From an uncultured Eubacteriales bacterium (GTDB lineage: Bacteria > Bacillota > Clostridia > Oscillospirales > Oscillospiraceae): 64,000 nt of DNA. A model generated the notes under the pieces. That model was given only the letters and a program-made list of their open reading frames with translations, ran no database searches and had not been told where the DNA came from. The stretch is taken from NCBI GenBank assembly GCA_900555735.1, contig USMI01000001.1, positions 6,330 to 70,329 of the forward strand, read 5' to 3'. The position numbers and the translations under genes were made by a program. Of this stretch, positions 41,078 to 50,640 are shown one piece after another. Position 1 is the stretch's first letter. The number at the start of each line of letters is the position of its first letter.

Positions 41078-41361
41078 TGGCCAAGAAGCACGAGTATCAG
41101 GACGATGATGGACGCACCATCGCCGACATGAGCGGCATCGAGCCGATGCCCATGCTGTTTCCCCGCTTTCCGGGCAAGAAAAAGCAAGCCGGTGCGGAAG
41201 TTCCGGCGTCGGATCGCCCGTGGGAAACACAGCAGCAGCTTCCCGACGACCTGCGGAATGCCGCCATGCGCGGCGCGCTGAAAGCTGCCATGCTGATCGC
41301 AGGTGTGTTTATCGCCGCCGGTGCATTGGCCATTCTGGCGATGCAGCTCCTGTGGAGCTAA
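41077..41361 (+). CDS. Small hypothetical protein with a C-terminal TM helix
   Basis: TAATG coupling to oppF; DDDGRTIADM segment. Confidence 0.7.
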   Translation: MAKKHEYQDDDGRTIADMSGIEPMPMLFPRFPGKKKQAGAEVPASDRPWETQQQLPDDLRNAAMRGALKAAMLIAGVFIAAGALAILAMQLLWS

Positions 41362-41513
41362 AGCACGACCCCATATTACAGGAAACGGCATGACCAAGGT
41401 CATGCCGTTTCTTTTATTCTACTATTCCCGTAAAAAGACAGGCAGCGGTTTTCACCGCTGCCTGCCTATCCTATAATGAAGCACCTGCCTGCAAAAGCGG
41501 TACGCCGCTTCTT

Positions 41514-42707
41514 TTATTCCCCTTTGTCCGCCGCGTCCCGTACCGCTTCCAGCGGCAGCGCCTGCTCCCGCGCGATACGGTGCAGGTCCTCGTACTCATA
41601 TTTGGCGTGGGTCACGCCGTAGCCGCTGGATACCTTGCGGCGCACCGCCCCATAGGGCGTGGCCACCGTCTCCTCCCGCCGCTCCAGCGTATAGCGGCGG
41701 CAAAGCTGCTCCCGTATGCCGATGGTGGTGGTATGCCGGAACAGCAGCTCCGCCATCCTCCGGCGGTCATCCTCCCGGCACAGGACGGTCAGCAGTGTCC
41801 CCAGCCGGGACTTTTTCATGGTAATAGGCGTGGCCCACACATCCAGCGCACCGGCCTCCAGCAGCGTCTCCATGGCAAAGGCAACGGCTTCCGCCGTCAT
41901 GTCGTCCAGATTGCAGCGCAACTCCGCCACCTGTCCCGCATCCGCCGTCGTCTCTCCCCAGAAGGCCCGCAGGCAGTTGGCCATATCAAACTCCTTCGTT
42001 CCCATGCCGTAGCCCACCGCATCGGTGGCCATGACCGGCATCGGTTCAAAACGGGAGACGAAGTGCTTCAGCAGCGCCGCGCCGGTAGGGGTACACAGCT
42101 CCGCCTGAATGGCGCCGCTGTAAGAGGGGATGCCCCGCAGCAGATACGCCGTGGCAGGCGCAGGCACCGGCAGAATGCCGTGGGCGCACCGCACCTGTCC
42201 GCCGCCGACACAGACCGGCGACGCAATGATCCGCTCCGGCGCCAGCTTGTGCAGCAGCAGGCACACCGCTGTGATATCCGCCAGCGCGTCCATGGTGCCT
42301 ACCTCATGAAAGTGGATCTCCGTCACCGGCACGCCGTGGACGTGGCTCTCCGCCTCCGCCAGCAGGCCGTATACCGCCAGCACGTCCGCCCGCACCTGCT
42401 CCGGCAGGTGCAGATGCTCCCGCACGATGTGCTCTATGCCATGCAGTCCGGTGTGTTGATGGCCCTCATGATGGCGATGATGGTCGTGCATGGACGCCGA
42501 TTCCTCCACGCCGTTCACCTGCACCGACATATGGGTACCGCGGATACCGCAGCGCGTCACCGTTTCGCAGCCATAGACCACGTTGGGAACGCCGACGGCA
42601 TTCAGCTCCGCCACCGCCGCTTCCCTGTCCGGCATCAGCTCCAGCAGCGCTGCCGTCAGCATGTCGCCCGCCGCGCCCATACCGCAGTCCAGATACAATG
42701 TTTTCAT
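41514..42707 (-). CDS. larC: Nickel-pincer cofactor biosynthesis nickel insertase
   Basis: GAAGDM, His-rich tract, IHFHEVG, CAHGILPVPAPAT, TPTGAA, NLDD, MKKSR, EYED. Confidence 0.93.
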   Translation of the reverse strand: MKTLYLDCGMGAAGDMLTAALLELMPDREAAVAELNAVGVPNVVYGCETVTRCGIRGTHMSVQVNGVEESASMHDHHRHHEGHQHTGLHGIEHIVREHLHLPEQVRADVLAVYGLLAEAESHVHGVPVTEIHFHEVGTMDALADITAVCLLLHKLAPERIIASPVCVGGGQVRCAHGILPVPAPATAYLLRGIPSYSGAIQAELCTPTGAALLKHFVSRFEPMPVMATDAVGYGMGTKEFDMANCLRAFWGETTADAGQVAELRCNLDDMTAEAVAFAMETLLEAGALDVWATPITMKKSRLGTLLTVLCREDDRRRMAELLFRHTTTIGIREQLCRRYTLERREETVATPYGAVRRKVSSGYGVTHAKYEYEDLHRIAREQALPLEAVRDAADKGE

Positions 42708-42886
42708 GGAGAGCCCTCCCTGTTTGTCAATGCTCCCCTGATTATAGCGGATAAAGGCGGGATTTGCAACCGCCTGTTCCCGCCGGTTCTGCGCAAAATT
42801 TTTTCTGCTTTTCGCAAATAGCTATCGAAATCTTTTCGGAACTATGATATAATCCCTTACAGCAGAATTTGAGAGGAGTTTCCGCC

Positions 42887-43453
42887 ATGAAGCACACTTC
42901 CCTGAAAAAACTGGTGCTGTCCGCCATGTTTTTGGCCATCGGCCTTGTACTGCCCTTCTTTATCGGCCAGATCCCCGCCATCGGCAAAATGCTGCTGCCC
43001 ATGCATATTCCCGTACTGCTGTGCGGTCTGATCTGCGGCTGGCAGTGGGGCCTTGGCGTCGGCTTCGTGCTGCCGCTGCTGCGGTCGCTGCTGTTCAGCT
43101 TTCCCGCCATGTACCCCAATGCTGTGGGGATGGCCTTTGAGCTGGCGGTGTACGGCGCGGTCATCGGCTACCTGTACGCCCACAGCAGGTGGCAGTGCGT
43201 CAAGGCGCTGTATAAGTGCCTGATCCCCGCCATGGTCGCCGGACGTCTGGTGTGGGGCGCGGTGATGGTGGTGCTGATGGGCTTGGGCGGCAGCGCCTTC
43301 ACCTGGCAGCTGTTCATCGGCGGCGCGGTACTGAACGCCCTGCCCGGCATCGCATTGCAGCTGGTGCTGATCCCCGCTGTGATGGTGCTACTGGACCGGA
43401 CAAAGCTGGTGCAGTTCTCTCGGCCTGAGCCGGTCGCCGAGCAGGCCGTATGA
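42887..43453 (+). CDS. ECF transporter S component
   Basis: LLPMHIPVLLCGL; about 6 TM segments. Confidence 0.85.
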   Translation: MKHTSLKKLVLSAMFLAIGLVLPFFIGQIPAIGKMLLPMHIPVLLCGLICGWQWGLGVGFVLPLLRSLLFSFPAMYPNAVGMAFELAVYGAVIGYLYAHSRWQCVKALYKCLIPAMVAGRLVWGAVMVVLMGLGGSAFTWQLFIGGAVLNALPGIALQLVLIPAVMVLLDRTKLVQFSRPEPVAEQAV

Positions 43454-44022
43454 CGAACCGCGACTACGACCGGCTGGCGCAGGCCATTCAGGCCCGGCTG
43501 GCGCGGCATGAACGCCTTATCGTCGCCATTGATGGGCGGTGCGGCTCCGGCAAGACCACGCTGGCGGCCCGCTTGCAGCAGGAGCTGGGATGCACCGTGT
43601 TCCACATGGACGATTTCTTTCCCCGGCCCGAGCAGCGGACGGAGGAGCGCCTGTCGCGGCCCGGCGAAAACGTAGATCACGAACGGTTTCTGGCGGAGGT
43701 TCTGCTGCCGCTTCAGCATATGCAGCCCGTCACCTACCGGCCCTATCTCTGCGCCCGGCAGCAGCTGGGCGACCCGGTGACTGTCACGCCCAGCCGTCTG
43801 ACCATCGTGGAAGGCTCCTACGCCTGCCACCCCGCGTTATGTGAGCACTACGGTCTGCGGGTGTTTCTGTCGGTGGAGCCGGAGGAGCAGCTGCGGCGCA
43901 TCGAAAAGCGCAACGGCCCGGAGAAGGCCGTCATATTCCGCGACCGCTGGATCCCCCTTGAGGAGATGTATTTTAAAGCCTTTGACGTGCAGGCCCGATG
44001 CGACCTGTCCCTGCACGGGTAA
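43450..44022 (+). CDS. Uridine kinase/phosphoribulokinase-like P-loop kinase
   Basis: AIDGRCGSGKTT, HMDDF, IVEGSY, RWIPLE. Confidence 0.85.
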   Translation: MTNRDYDRLAQAIQARLARHERLIVAIDGRCGSGKTTLAARLQQELGCTVFHMDDFFPRPEQRTEERLSRPGENVDHERFLAEVLLPLQHMQPVTYRPYLCARQQLGDPVTVTPSRLTIVEGSYACHPALCEHYGLRVFLSVEPEEQLRRIEKRNGPEKAVIFRDRWIPLEEMYFKAFDVQARCDLSLHG

Positions 44023-44160
44023 GCTGCCTGCCAAATACAGCCGCAGGATACGCCTGTATCCTGCGGCTGTATGCATTTCTTTACGCGCTCTTAACTCGAC
44101 GGGCGGCTGCTTTTCTGGTATACTGTTCTCAATTTACAACAAAGGAGGAATCACGCTTAT

Positions 44161-44271
44161 ATGGATACTGACGGCGGTGACTATCCCGGTAACCATCTGA
44201 ACTGCCATCTGTTTTTGTCAGCATATCTGCGCTGCGTTTCGTGGGGCAGACGTGCTTTTTTGCGCTTATAG
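44161..44271 (+). CDS. Putative regulatory uORF (36 aa) with acidic N-terminus and internal terminator
   Basis: AAGGAGG RBS; MDTDGGDYPGNHLNCHLFLSAYLRCVSWGRRAFLRL*; hairpin 44221-44255 plus T6 inside the ORF; extended -10 TGGTATACT at 44116-44124. Confidence 0.55.
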   Translation: MDTDGGDYPGNHLNCHLFLSAYLRCVSWGRRAFLRL

Positions 44272-44319
44272 CAGCATTTCCGTACACAGAAACAGACGAC
44301 AGAAAAGGAGTTACTTATA

Positions 44320-45576
44320 TTGTCAACCACAACTTGTATCATCATTATGGCGGTATGTCTGATGCTTTCCGCCTATTTCTCGGCCACGGAGACGGCCTTC
44401 TCCTCCGCCAATACCACCCGATTGCGGACGCTGGCGGAAAAGGGCAGCAGCAACGCCGCGCTGGCACTGAAGCTCTTGGAGCAGTATGACCGCCTGCTGT
44501 CCACTATTCTTATTGGCAACAACATCGTCAACATCGCCACCGCCTCCATCGGCACGGTGCTGTTTGTCCGGCACTACGGCGACGCGGGCGCCACCATCTC
44601 CACCGTGGTAGTAACGGTGGTGGTGCTGATCTTCGGTGAGATCTCTCCCAAGAGTATTGCCAAGGACTGCGCAGAAAAATGCGCCATGCTGTCCGCACCC
44701 ATTTTGCGGGTGCTGATCTGGATATTGATGCCCCTGAACCTGCTGTTCTTCCTGTGGAAAAAGCTGCTGGCCAAGGTGTTCCGTCTCAGCGGCGAGAGCA
44801 AAATGTCGCAGGAGGAGCTGCTGATGCTGGTGGACGAGGTGCAGCAGGACGGCAGCATCGACCGGGACGAGGGCGAGCTGCTGAAAAACGCCATCGGCTT
44901 TTCCGAGCAGGAGGCGCAGGACATCCTCATTCACCGGGTGGATCTGGCGGCCCTGCCTGTCACCGCCAGCAAGGAGGAGGTGGCAGCCCTGTTCACCCAA
45001 ACCAAATACTCCCGCCTGCTGATCTATCAGGATTCCATCGACCACATTCTGGGCACCGTCCATCAGAAGGACTTCTATGTGGGCTGCGGCGTGACGGATC
45101 AGCCCCTGTCCGCCATCATCTCTCCGCCGGTGTTCGCGCTGGAGAACGAGCCTATCCGTCTGCTGCTGAAAAAGCTCCAGCAGGCCAAGACCCATGTGGC
45201 CGTGGTGGTGGACGAATACGGCGGCACCTGCGGCATCGTCACCATGGAGGACATTCTGGAGGAGCTGGTGGGCGAGATCTGGGACGAGCACGACGAGGAG
45301 GAGGTATTCCTCCGGAAGATCGCGCCGGACACCTATACCATGGACGCGGGCATGGACTTTGACGACTTTGCGGAGTTCTTCCGGCTCAAGACCGATTCCG
45401 AGATGGTGTCCGTCAGCGGCTGGGTCATGGAGCAGTTCGGCCGCGTGCCAGCGGCAGGCGATTCCTTTACCTTTGACGATCTGTCCGTACAGGTCACAAG
45501 GGTGGAAAACCACCGCATTGAGGAGATCCAAGTGACGAAGCACGATACCGCTGAAACCTCTGACGATCACAATTGA
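44320..45576 (+). CDS. HlyC/CorC (CNNM, DUF21-CBS-CorC) family transporter, probable Mg2+/Co2+ efflux
   Basis: [47 protein letters not shown] start after AAGGAG. Confidence 0.9.
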   Translation: MSTTTCIIIMAVCLMLSAYFSATETAFSSANTTRLRTLAEKGSSNAALALKLLEQYDRLLSTILIGNNIVNIATASIGTVLFVRHYGDAGATISTVVVTVVVLIFGEISPKSIAKDCAEKCAMLSAPILRVLIWILMPLNLLFFLWKKLLAKVFRLSGESKMSQEELLMLVDEVQQDGSIDRDEGELLKNAIGFSEQEAQDILIHRVDLAALPVTASKEEVAALFTQTKYSRLLIYQDSIDHILGTVHQKDFYVGCGVTDQPLSAIISPPVFALENEPIRLLLKKLQQAKTHVAVVVDEYGGTCGIVTMEDILEELVGEIWDEHDEEEVFLRKIAPDTYTMDAGMDFDDFAEFFRLKTDSEMVSVSGWVMEQFGRVPAAGDSFTFDDLSVQVTRVENHRIEEIQVTKHDTAETSDDHN

Positions 45577-45626
45577 ACGAACAGGGCCTGCATGCGGCTG
45601 CATGCAGGCCCTGTTATGCTTTTATC

Positions 45627-46943
45627 TTACAGGCGCTTTGTATATTTCCGGATAGCCAACGCGGTATAGACCGCCGTCAGCAGCTCCGTCACCGGCATGG
45701 CAAACCACAGGGAGTCCGGCCCGGCCAGCTGCGGCAGCAGCAGGATCAGCACGCCGCTGATGACCAGTCCCCGCGCCACGGAGACGATAAACGCCGCCCG
45801 GGGCTGCATGATGGACTGAAAATAATAGGTGGAAAATATGTTGAAAGGCAGCAGCAGGAACGACAACGCATAGGCCCTGATAATGGCTGGGGCGATGGTC
45901 AGGATCTCCGGCGTGGGGCTCATGAACACCCGGATATACAGGTTGGGCGCGGCAAAGCTGAGTGCCGTCCAGAACAGTGCGAAGGCCGCCGTGGTATACA
46001 GGGCCAGACGCAGCGTCTCCCGGATGCGGCTCCCCTTCCCCGCACCGTAGTTGGTGGAGATGATGGGCTGCGCCGCCTGTCCCACGCTGTACGCGCAGCA
46101 TTGCACGAAGGTGCTGACATTGATGATGGGACCGTACACTGCCAGTGCGCTGCCGCCCAGATACCGCATGATCTGCCGGTTGAACAGCACCGTCAGGATG
46201 CCCATAGCCACGTCGATGAAGAAGGAAGAGAAGCCCGATACCGTGATCTCCCACAGCTTGCGGGGCAGACGCTCCACCCGCACCAGACGCAGGGTGTTCC
46301 GGCGGCGCAGGAAGTGGGACAGCAGCACCAGCAGCGACACAACGGAGCCGATGGCCGTGGCAAGGCCCGCGCCATAGATGCCCATATCGCAGGGAAACAC
46401 AAAGAAACAGTCGCCGAATATGTTGAAGATACCGCCGGACAGCACGCCCAGCGTGGCAAGGCCGGGATCGCCGTCGTTCCGCAGGAAGGCCGCCAGCATC
46501 TGGTTAAACAGGAAGATGGGGAACACATACTTGATGGGCCGCAGATACCGCTGGGCCAGCGCCAGCAGGGACTCATCCGCGCCGAAGAAGGTCAGCAGCG
46601 GCCTTTCAAAGAACAGCAGCCCCAGCCACACCAGCACCGCCAGCAGCACGGAGCCAATCACGGCGGCGGAGAAATACTGATTCTCGCTGCCGTCGCCGCT
46701 GCTGCTGCCGCGGCGGGCGCTGAAGATCACGCTGCCGCCGATGCCGGTCAGCAATCCAAGGCTGTAAATGACGTTCCACACCGGAGCCACCACCGCCAGC
46801 GCCGCCGTACCGTCAGGACCCTGATACTGGCCCACCATGGCCATGTCCACCATGCCGTAAATGCTGGAGATCAGCGCGCTGCCAAAGGCCGCCGACAGAT
46901 ATTTGAAGTACAGGGGCCTGATCCTGCCGTTGAGAAGATCCAT
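45627..46943 (-). CDS. MATE family efflux transporter
   Basis: YGMVDMAMVG, FLRNDG, QPIISTNYGA. Confidence 0.9.
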   Translation of the reverse strand: MDLLNGRIRPLYFKYLSAAFGSALISSIYGMVDMAMVGQYQGPDGTAALAVVAPVWNVIYSLGLLTGIGGSVIFSARRGSSSGDGSENQYFSAAVIGSVLLAVLVWLGLLFFERPLLTFFGADESLLALAQRYLRPIKYVFPIFLFNQMLAAFLRNDGDPGLATLGVLSGGIFNIFGDCFFVFPCDMGIYGAGLATAIGSVVSLLVLLSHFLRRRNTLRLVRVERLPRKLWEITVSGFSSFFIDVAMGILTVLFNRQIMRYLGGSALAVYGPIINVSTFVQCCAYSVGQAAQPIISTNYGAGKGSRIRETLRLALYTTAAFALFWTALSFAAPNLYIRVFMSPTPEILTIAPAIIRAYALSFLLLPFNIFSTYYFQSIMQPRAAFIVSVARGLVISGVLILLLPQLAGPDSLWFAMPVTELLTAVYTALAIRKYTKRL

Positions 46944-46974
46944 ACGCTTTCACGCTCCTTTTTCATCTATACGC

Positions 46975-47092
46975 AAAAAGCCGGATAAGGACAGGCATCT
47001 CAGCCTGCGCCTTATCCGGCTGCCGTTTCTCTGAACGACCCGCCCTCCGAGCGATTAAGCGGTATGGTAGCATATGCCCTGGGAAATGTCAA
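46975..47092 (-). promoter_or_regulatory. Promoter and structured 5' leader ending in a terminator (candidate riboswitch)
   Basis: Minus-strand TTGACA-N17-TACCAT (47092-47064), two small hairpins, then a long stem with a T run (47021-46975) before the MATE RBS. Confidence 0.65.
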
Positions 47093-47114
47093 GGGGCAGT
47101 TTTCTCCGACGCCC

Positions 47115-47546
47115 TTACAGCTTGGTGTACTCCTCGTCCGTGACCGGCTCGCACCATTTGTTGCTGCAATTCTCGCCGGGCACCTCTACGGCGATGTGGC
47201 TGAACCAGCTGTCCTTTTTCGCGCCGTGCCAGTGCTTCACTCCGGCGGGGATCATCACCACGCTGCCCTCATGCAGGCTGACGGCGGGCTTGCCAAACTC
47301 CTGATACCAGCCCTCTCCGGCGGTACACAGCAGCAGCTGGCCGCCGCCCTTGTCCGCATGATGGATATGCCAGTTGTTGCGGCAGCCCGGCTCAAAGGTC
47401 ACGTTGGCGGCAAACAGTCCACCCTTCGGGTCGGTCAGCGGATGCAAAAAGGAATCCCCGACAAAGTATTGGGCAAAGGCGGTGTTGGCGCTGCCGGTGC
47501 CGAACATGTTGGCTTTTTCAAACGCTTCTTTGTTTTCGTACTTCAT
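47115..47546 (-). CDS. Cupin domain protein
   Basis: VTFEPGCRNNWHIH, IPAGVKHWHGA; AGGAGG RBS before ATG 47546. Confidence 0.88.
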   Translation of the reverse strand: MKYENKEAFEKANMFGTGSANTAFAQYFVGDSFLHPLTDPKGGLFAANVTFEPGCRNNWHIHHADKGGGQLLLCTAGEGWYQEFGKPAVSLHEGSVVMIPAGVKHWHGAKKDSWFSHIAVEVPGENCSNKWCEPVTDEEYTKL

Positions 47547-47599
47547 GATAAAACCTCCTTCGACCAAATGACATGACAGCTGTGGACGCTGTTCCTCTG

Positions 47600-49609
47600 T
47601 CATCGTTTGCTTCCGTCCTTTCTGCCACCATCCGCCTTTTTCGCCCGCTGCTTGGCAAAGGCGGCCTTTTTCTTGGGGGACATCTTCCCCTTCTGACCGT
47701 CGGCGCGGCGGCCGCGATGGACGGTGCCCTCCGGCTTGGGCGGACGGCCGTCCTTTTTCTTCTTGGGCGGCTGCTGCCGCTCCTCCGGCTTCAGGCCGAA
47801 GTACTTCTCCCCCTTCACCGGGCGGATGAGGCAGTCCGGCGTAAAGCCGATGAGGTCGGTGCGCTCCGTTTTCTCCAGCGCCTCGATCACCAGCGAGCGC
47901 TTGTCGCCCCGGCCCCACTGCAGCAGCGCCCGTTGCAGCGCCTTGTCGTGGGGATCACGGGCCACATACACCGGCTTCATGGTGCGGGGATCGATGCCGG
48001 TATAGTACATGCAGGTGGACATGGTACCCGGCGTGGGATAGAAGTCCTGCACCTGCTCCGGCTGATGGCCGGTGCGCTTGAGGAACACCGCCAGCTCCAC
48101 CGCGTCGTTCAGCGTGCAGCCGGGGTGAGAGGACATGAGATACGGCACCAGATACTGCTCCCGCCCGTCGAACTCGTTCAGCTTCTGATACTGCCGCCAG
48201 AACTTCAAAAACACGTCGAAATGGGGCTTGCCCATATAGTCCAGCACGCTGCTGACGCAGTGCTCCGGCGCCACCTTCAGCTGACCGCTGACGTGATAGT
48301 CCACCAGCTCCTTGAAGAAGTCCTTGTTCTTGTCCTGCAGCATGTAGTCATACCGCACGCCGCTGCGGACGAAGACCTTCTTGATACCGGGGATCTTCCG
48401 CATCCGCTGCAAAAGCTCCGTATACTCGCTATGGTCGGCGTCCAGATTCTTGCAGGGCTCCGGAGCCAGACAGGATTTGCCCTTGCACATGCCGTGCTCC
48501 TTCTGCTGGCGGCAGGAGGTATGGCGGAAGTTGGCGCTGGGACCGCCCACATCGTGGATATAACCCTTGAATCTGGGGTCATGGGTCAGCAGCTCCGCCT
48601 CCGCAAGCACCGACTCGATGCTGCGGGAGGTGACCATCCGTCCCTGATGGAAGGCCAGCGCGCAGAAGTTGCACCCGCCGAAGCAGCCCCGGTTGTGGCA
48701 GATGGAGAACCGCACCTCCTCGATGGCGGGGATGCCCTCGGTGTACATGGGATGCACCTCGCGGGTAAAGGGCAGGTCATAGAGCCTGTCCAGTGCCTGC
48801 CGGTTCAGGGGACGCTGGGGCGGATTCACCAGCAGCCAGCGGCCCTGACACTGCTGCAATATCGCCTTGCCCCGGATGGGGTCATGCTCGTCATACTGCA
48901 CCTTGGTGGCCTGGGCATAGGCGGTCTTGTCGTCCCGCACCTCCTCGAAGGAGGGACACGTCACCTCGTGATACCGACACACCGTCGGGTCGGTGACGAT
49001 GCAGGCGGTGCCGCGGACATCGGTGATGTCGCCCACCGGCGTTTTCGCCGCCAGACGGCGGGCGATCTCCACCGTAGCGCTCTCGCCCATGCCGTACACC
49101 AGCAGGTCGGCGGGCGCGTCAAACAGGATGGGACGGCGCACCTTGTCGTCCCAGTAGTCATAGTGGGCAAACCGCCGCAGCGACGCCTCCAGCCCGCCGA
49201 TGACGATGGGCGTGTCGGGGAAGGCTTCCCTTGCCCGGTTGGCGTACACGATGGTGGGCCGGTCGGGCCGGAAGCCCAGCTTGCCGCCGGGACTGTATAA
49301 GTCCTGCGTCCGCCGCCGCTTGGCCACCGTATAGTGTGCCACCATGGAGTCCAGATTGCCGCCGCCGATCAGCACGCCGTACCGGGGCTTGCCCATGGCA
49401 CGGAAGGCCCCGGCGTCGTGCCAGTCCGGCTGGGCCAGCACCGCCACGCGGTAGCCCTCACCCTCCAGCAGCCGGGCGATGATGGCGCTGCCGAAGCTGG
49501 GATGGTCGATATAGCCGTCCGCCGTCACCACCAGAAAGTCATAGTAGTACCAGCCCCGGTCGATCATCTCGTCCCGGCTCACCGGCAAAAATTCCGTTCC
49601 CTTTACCAT
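47600..49609 (-). CDS. ygiQ: YgiQ family radical SAM protein
   Basis: DHPSFG, NLDSMV, RGCFGGCNFCAL, QVQDFYPTP. Confidence 0.93.
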   Translation of the reverse strand: MVKGTEFLPVSRDEMIDRGWYYYDFLVVTADGYIDHPSFGSAIIARLLEGEGYRVAVLAQPDWHDAGAFRAMGKPRYGVLIGGGNLDSMVAHYTVAKRRRTQDLYSPGGKLGFRPDRPTIVYANRAREAFPDTPIVIGGLEASLRRFAHYDYWDDKVRRPILFDAPADLLVYGMGESATVEIARRLAAKTPVGDITDVRGTACIVTDPTVCRYHEVTCPSFEEVRDDKTAYAQATKVQYDEHDPIRGKAILQQCQGRWLLVNPPQRPLNRQALDRLYDLPFTREVHPMYTEGIPAIEEVRFSICHNRGCFGGCNFCALAFHQGRMVTSRSIESVLAEAELLTHDPRFKGYIHDVGGPSANFRHTSCRQQKEHGMCKGKSCLAPEPCKNLDADHSEYTELLQRMRKIPGIKKVFVRSGVRYDYMLQDKNKDFFKELVDYHVSGQLKVAPEHCVSSVLDYMGKPHFDVFLKFWRQYQKLNEFDGREQYLVPYLMSSHPGCTLNDAVELAVFLKRTGHQPEQVQDFYPTPGTMSTCMYYTGIDPRTMKPVYVARDPHDKALQRALLQWGRGDKRSLVIEALEKTERTDLIGFTPDCLIRPVKGEKYFGLKPEERQQPPKKKKDGRPPKPEGTVHRGRRADGQKGKMSPKKKAAFAKQRAKKADGGRKDGSKR

Positions 49610-50640
49610 ACGATCTCCCGCGGCTCATAGCCGATATATTTCTCCATCACGTCGCCCTCCAGCGGATAGAAGCCGTAATGGGCGAAAAAGCCTCTCGTTT
49701 GCTCATCCACGCACCGCAGCCGCAGCCGGTCGATGCCCCGCTCCCGATAGAACTGCACCGCCTGCCCCAGCGGCGGGATGCCGTAGTTACGGCCCCGCAT
49801 GGTGGGCTCCAGATAGTAATAGCCGATCCAGCCCGCGTCGCCGGCCTTGTCCGGCAGCAGCGTCACCGCGCCCACCGGCTCATTCTCGAACCACACAGCG
49901 ATGCGCTTGCCCTCCGCCGGAACGCCGAAGCGCGCCGCCGTGGCCTCGTCCATGTCCTTATAGTACTGGCCGCCGCTCATCATCCGCTTGTCCCGCCACC
50001 ACGTCTGCTTGGCAAAGGTGGAAAGCCCCGCCTCCACCTGATGGCTGTTGTCGTTCATATAGACCACCCGGATGTCGTCGCCGTCGATCTCCAGCAGCGA
50101 CACGGCAGTGTTGTCGCCGTGGGGCGTTTCGCCCACCTCGGAAAGAGGCAGGCCGTTCAGGGTCCCCAGCACCATCCGCATGGCGGCGCCGTGGCTGAAC
50201 ACGGCGATGGTCTTGCCGTCGTTCTCCGCCGCCACCCGCTTCAGGGCGGGGATATAGCGGTCCAGCACCTGCTGCGCCGTCTCGCTGCCCTCCACATGGA
50301 ACTTGTCCAGCTGGCGGTTGAAGTAAAACATCTGCTCCTCATAGGCGGTGTTCAGCTCCTGCCACGGGCGCCCCTCCCAGCAGCCCATGTGGATCTCCCG
50401 AAAGGCGGGCTCCAAGTGAAGCTCCAGCCCCTTGGGCTCGTACACCGCGCGGGCGGTGGTGCGGGCCCGGAACAGGTCGCTGCTGTATACCGCGTCGATA
50501 GGAACATCATCAAACCGCTTTTTCAGCACATGGAGCTGCTGATAGCCCCGGTCGGTGATCAGGCCGTTATACTGGCCGTGGGCGATGCGGTAGAGGTTGC
50601 CCTCCGCTTCTGCATGGCGCACAAGATAAACCGTTGTCAC
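49603..50640 (-). CDS. Histidine phosphatase family protein with a C-terminal GNAT-like domain
   Basis: VRHAEAEGN, SSDLFRA, FSHG; C-terminal MRGRNYG...FFAHYGF; GTGA overlap with the upstream gene. Confidence 0.85.
   Translation of the reverse strand: MTTVYLVRHAEAEGNLYRIAHGQYNGLITDRGYQQLHVLKKRFDDVPIDAVYSSDLFRARTTARAVYEPKGLELHLEPAFREIHMGCWEGRPWQELNTAYEEQMFYFNRQLDKFHVEGSETAQQVLDRYIPALKRVAAENDGKTIAVFSHGAAMRMVLGTLNGLPLSEVGETPHGDNTAVSLLEIDGDDIRVVYMNDNSHQVEAGLSTFAKQTWWRDKRMMSGGQYYKDMDEATAARFGVPAEGKRIAVWFENEPVGAVTLLPDKAGDAGWIGYYYLEPTMRGRNYGIPPLGQAVQFYRERGIDRLRLRCVDEQTRGFFAHYGFYPLEGDVMEKYIGYEPREIVW

Noticed and set aside
47547..47918. N-terminal extension of the cupin (267-aa ORF in the track)
   Set aside because: It overlaps the ygiQ 3' end in another frame; a good RBS precedes ATG 47546.
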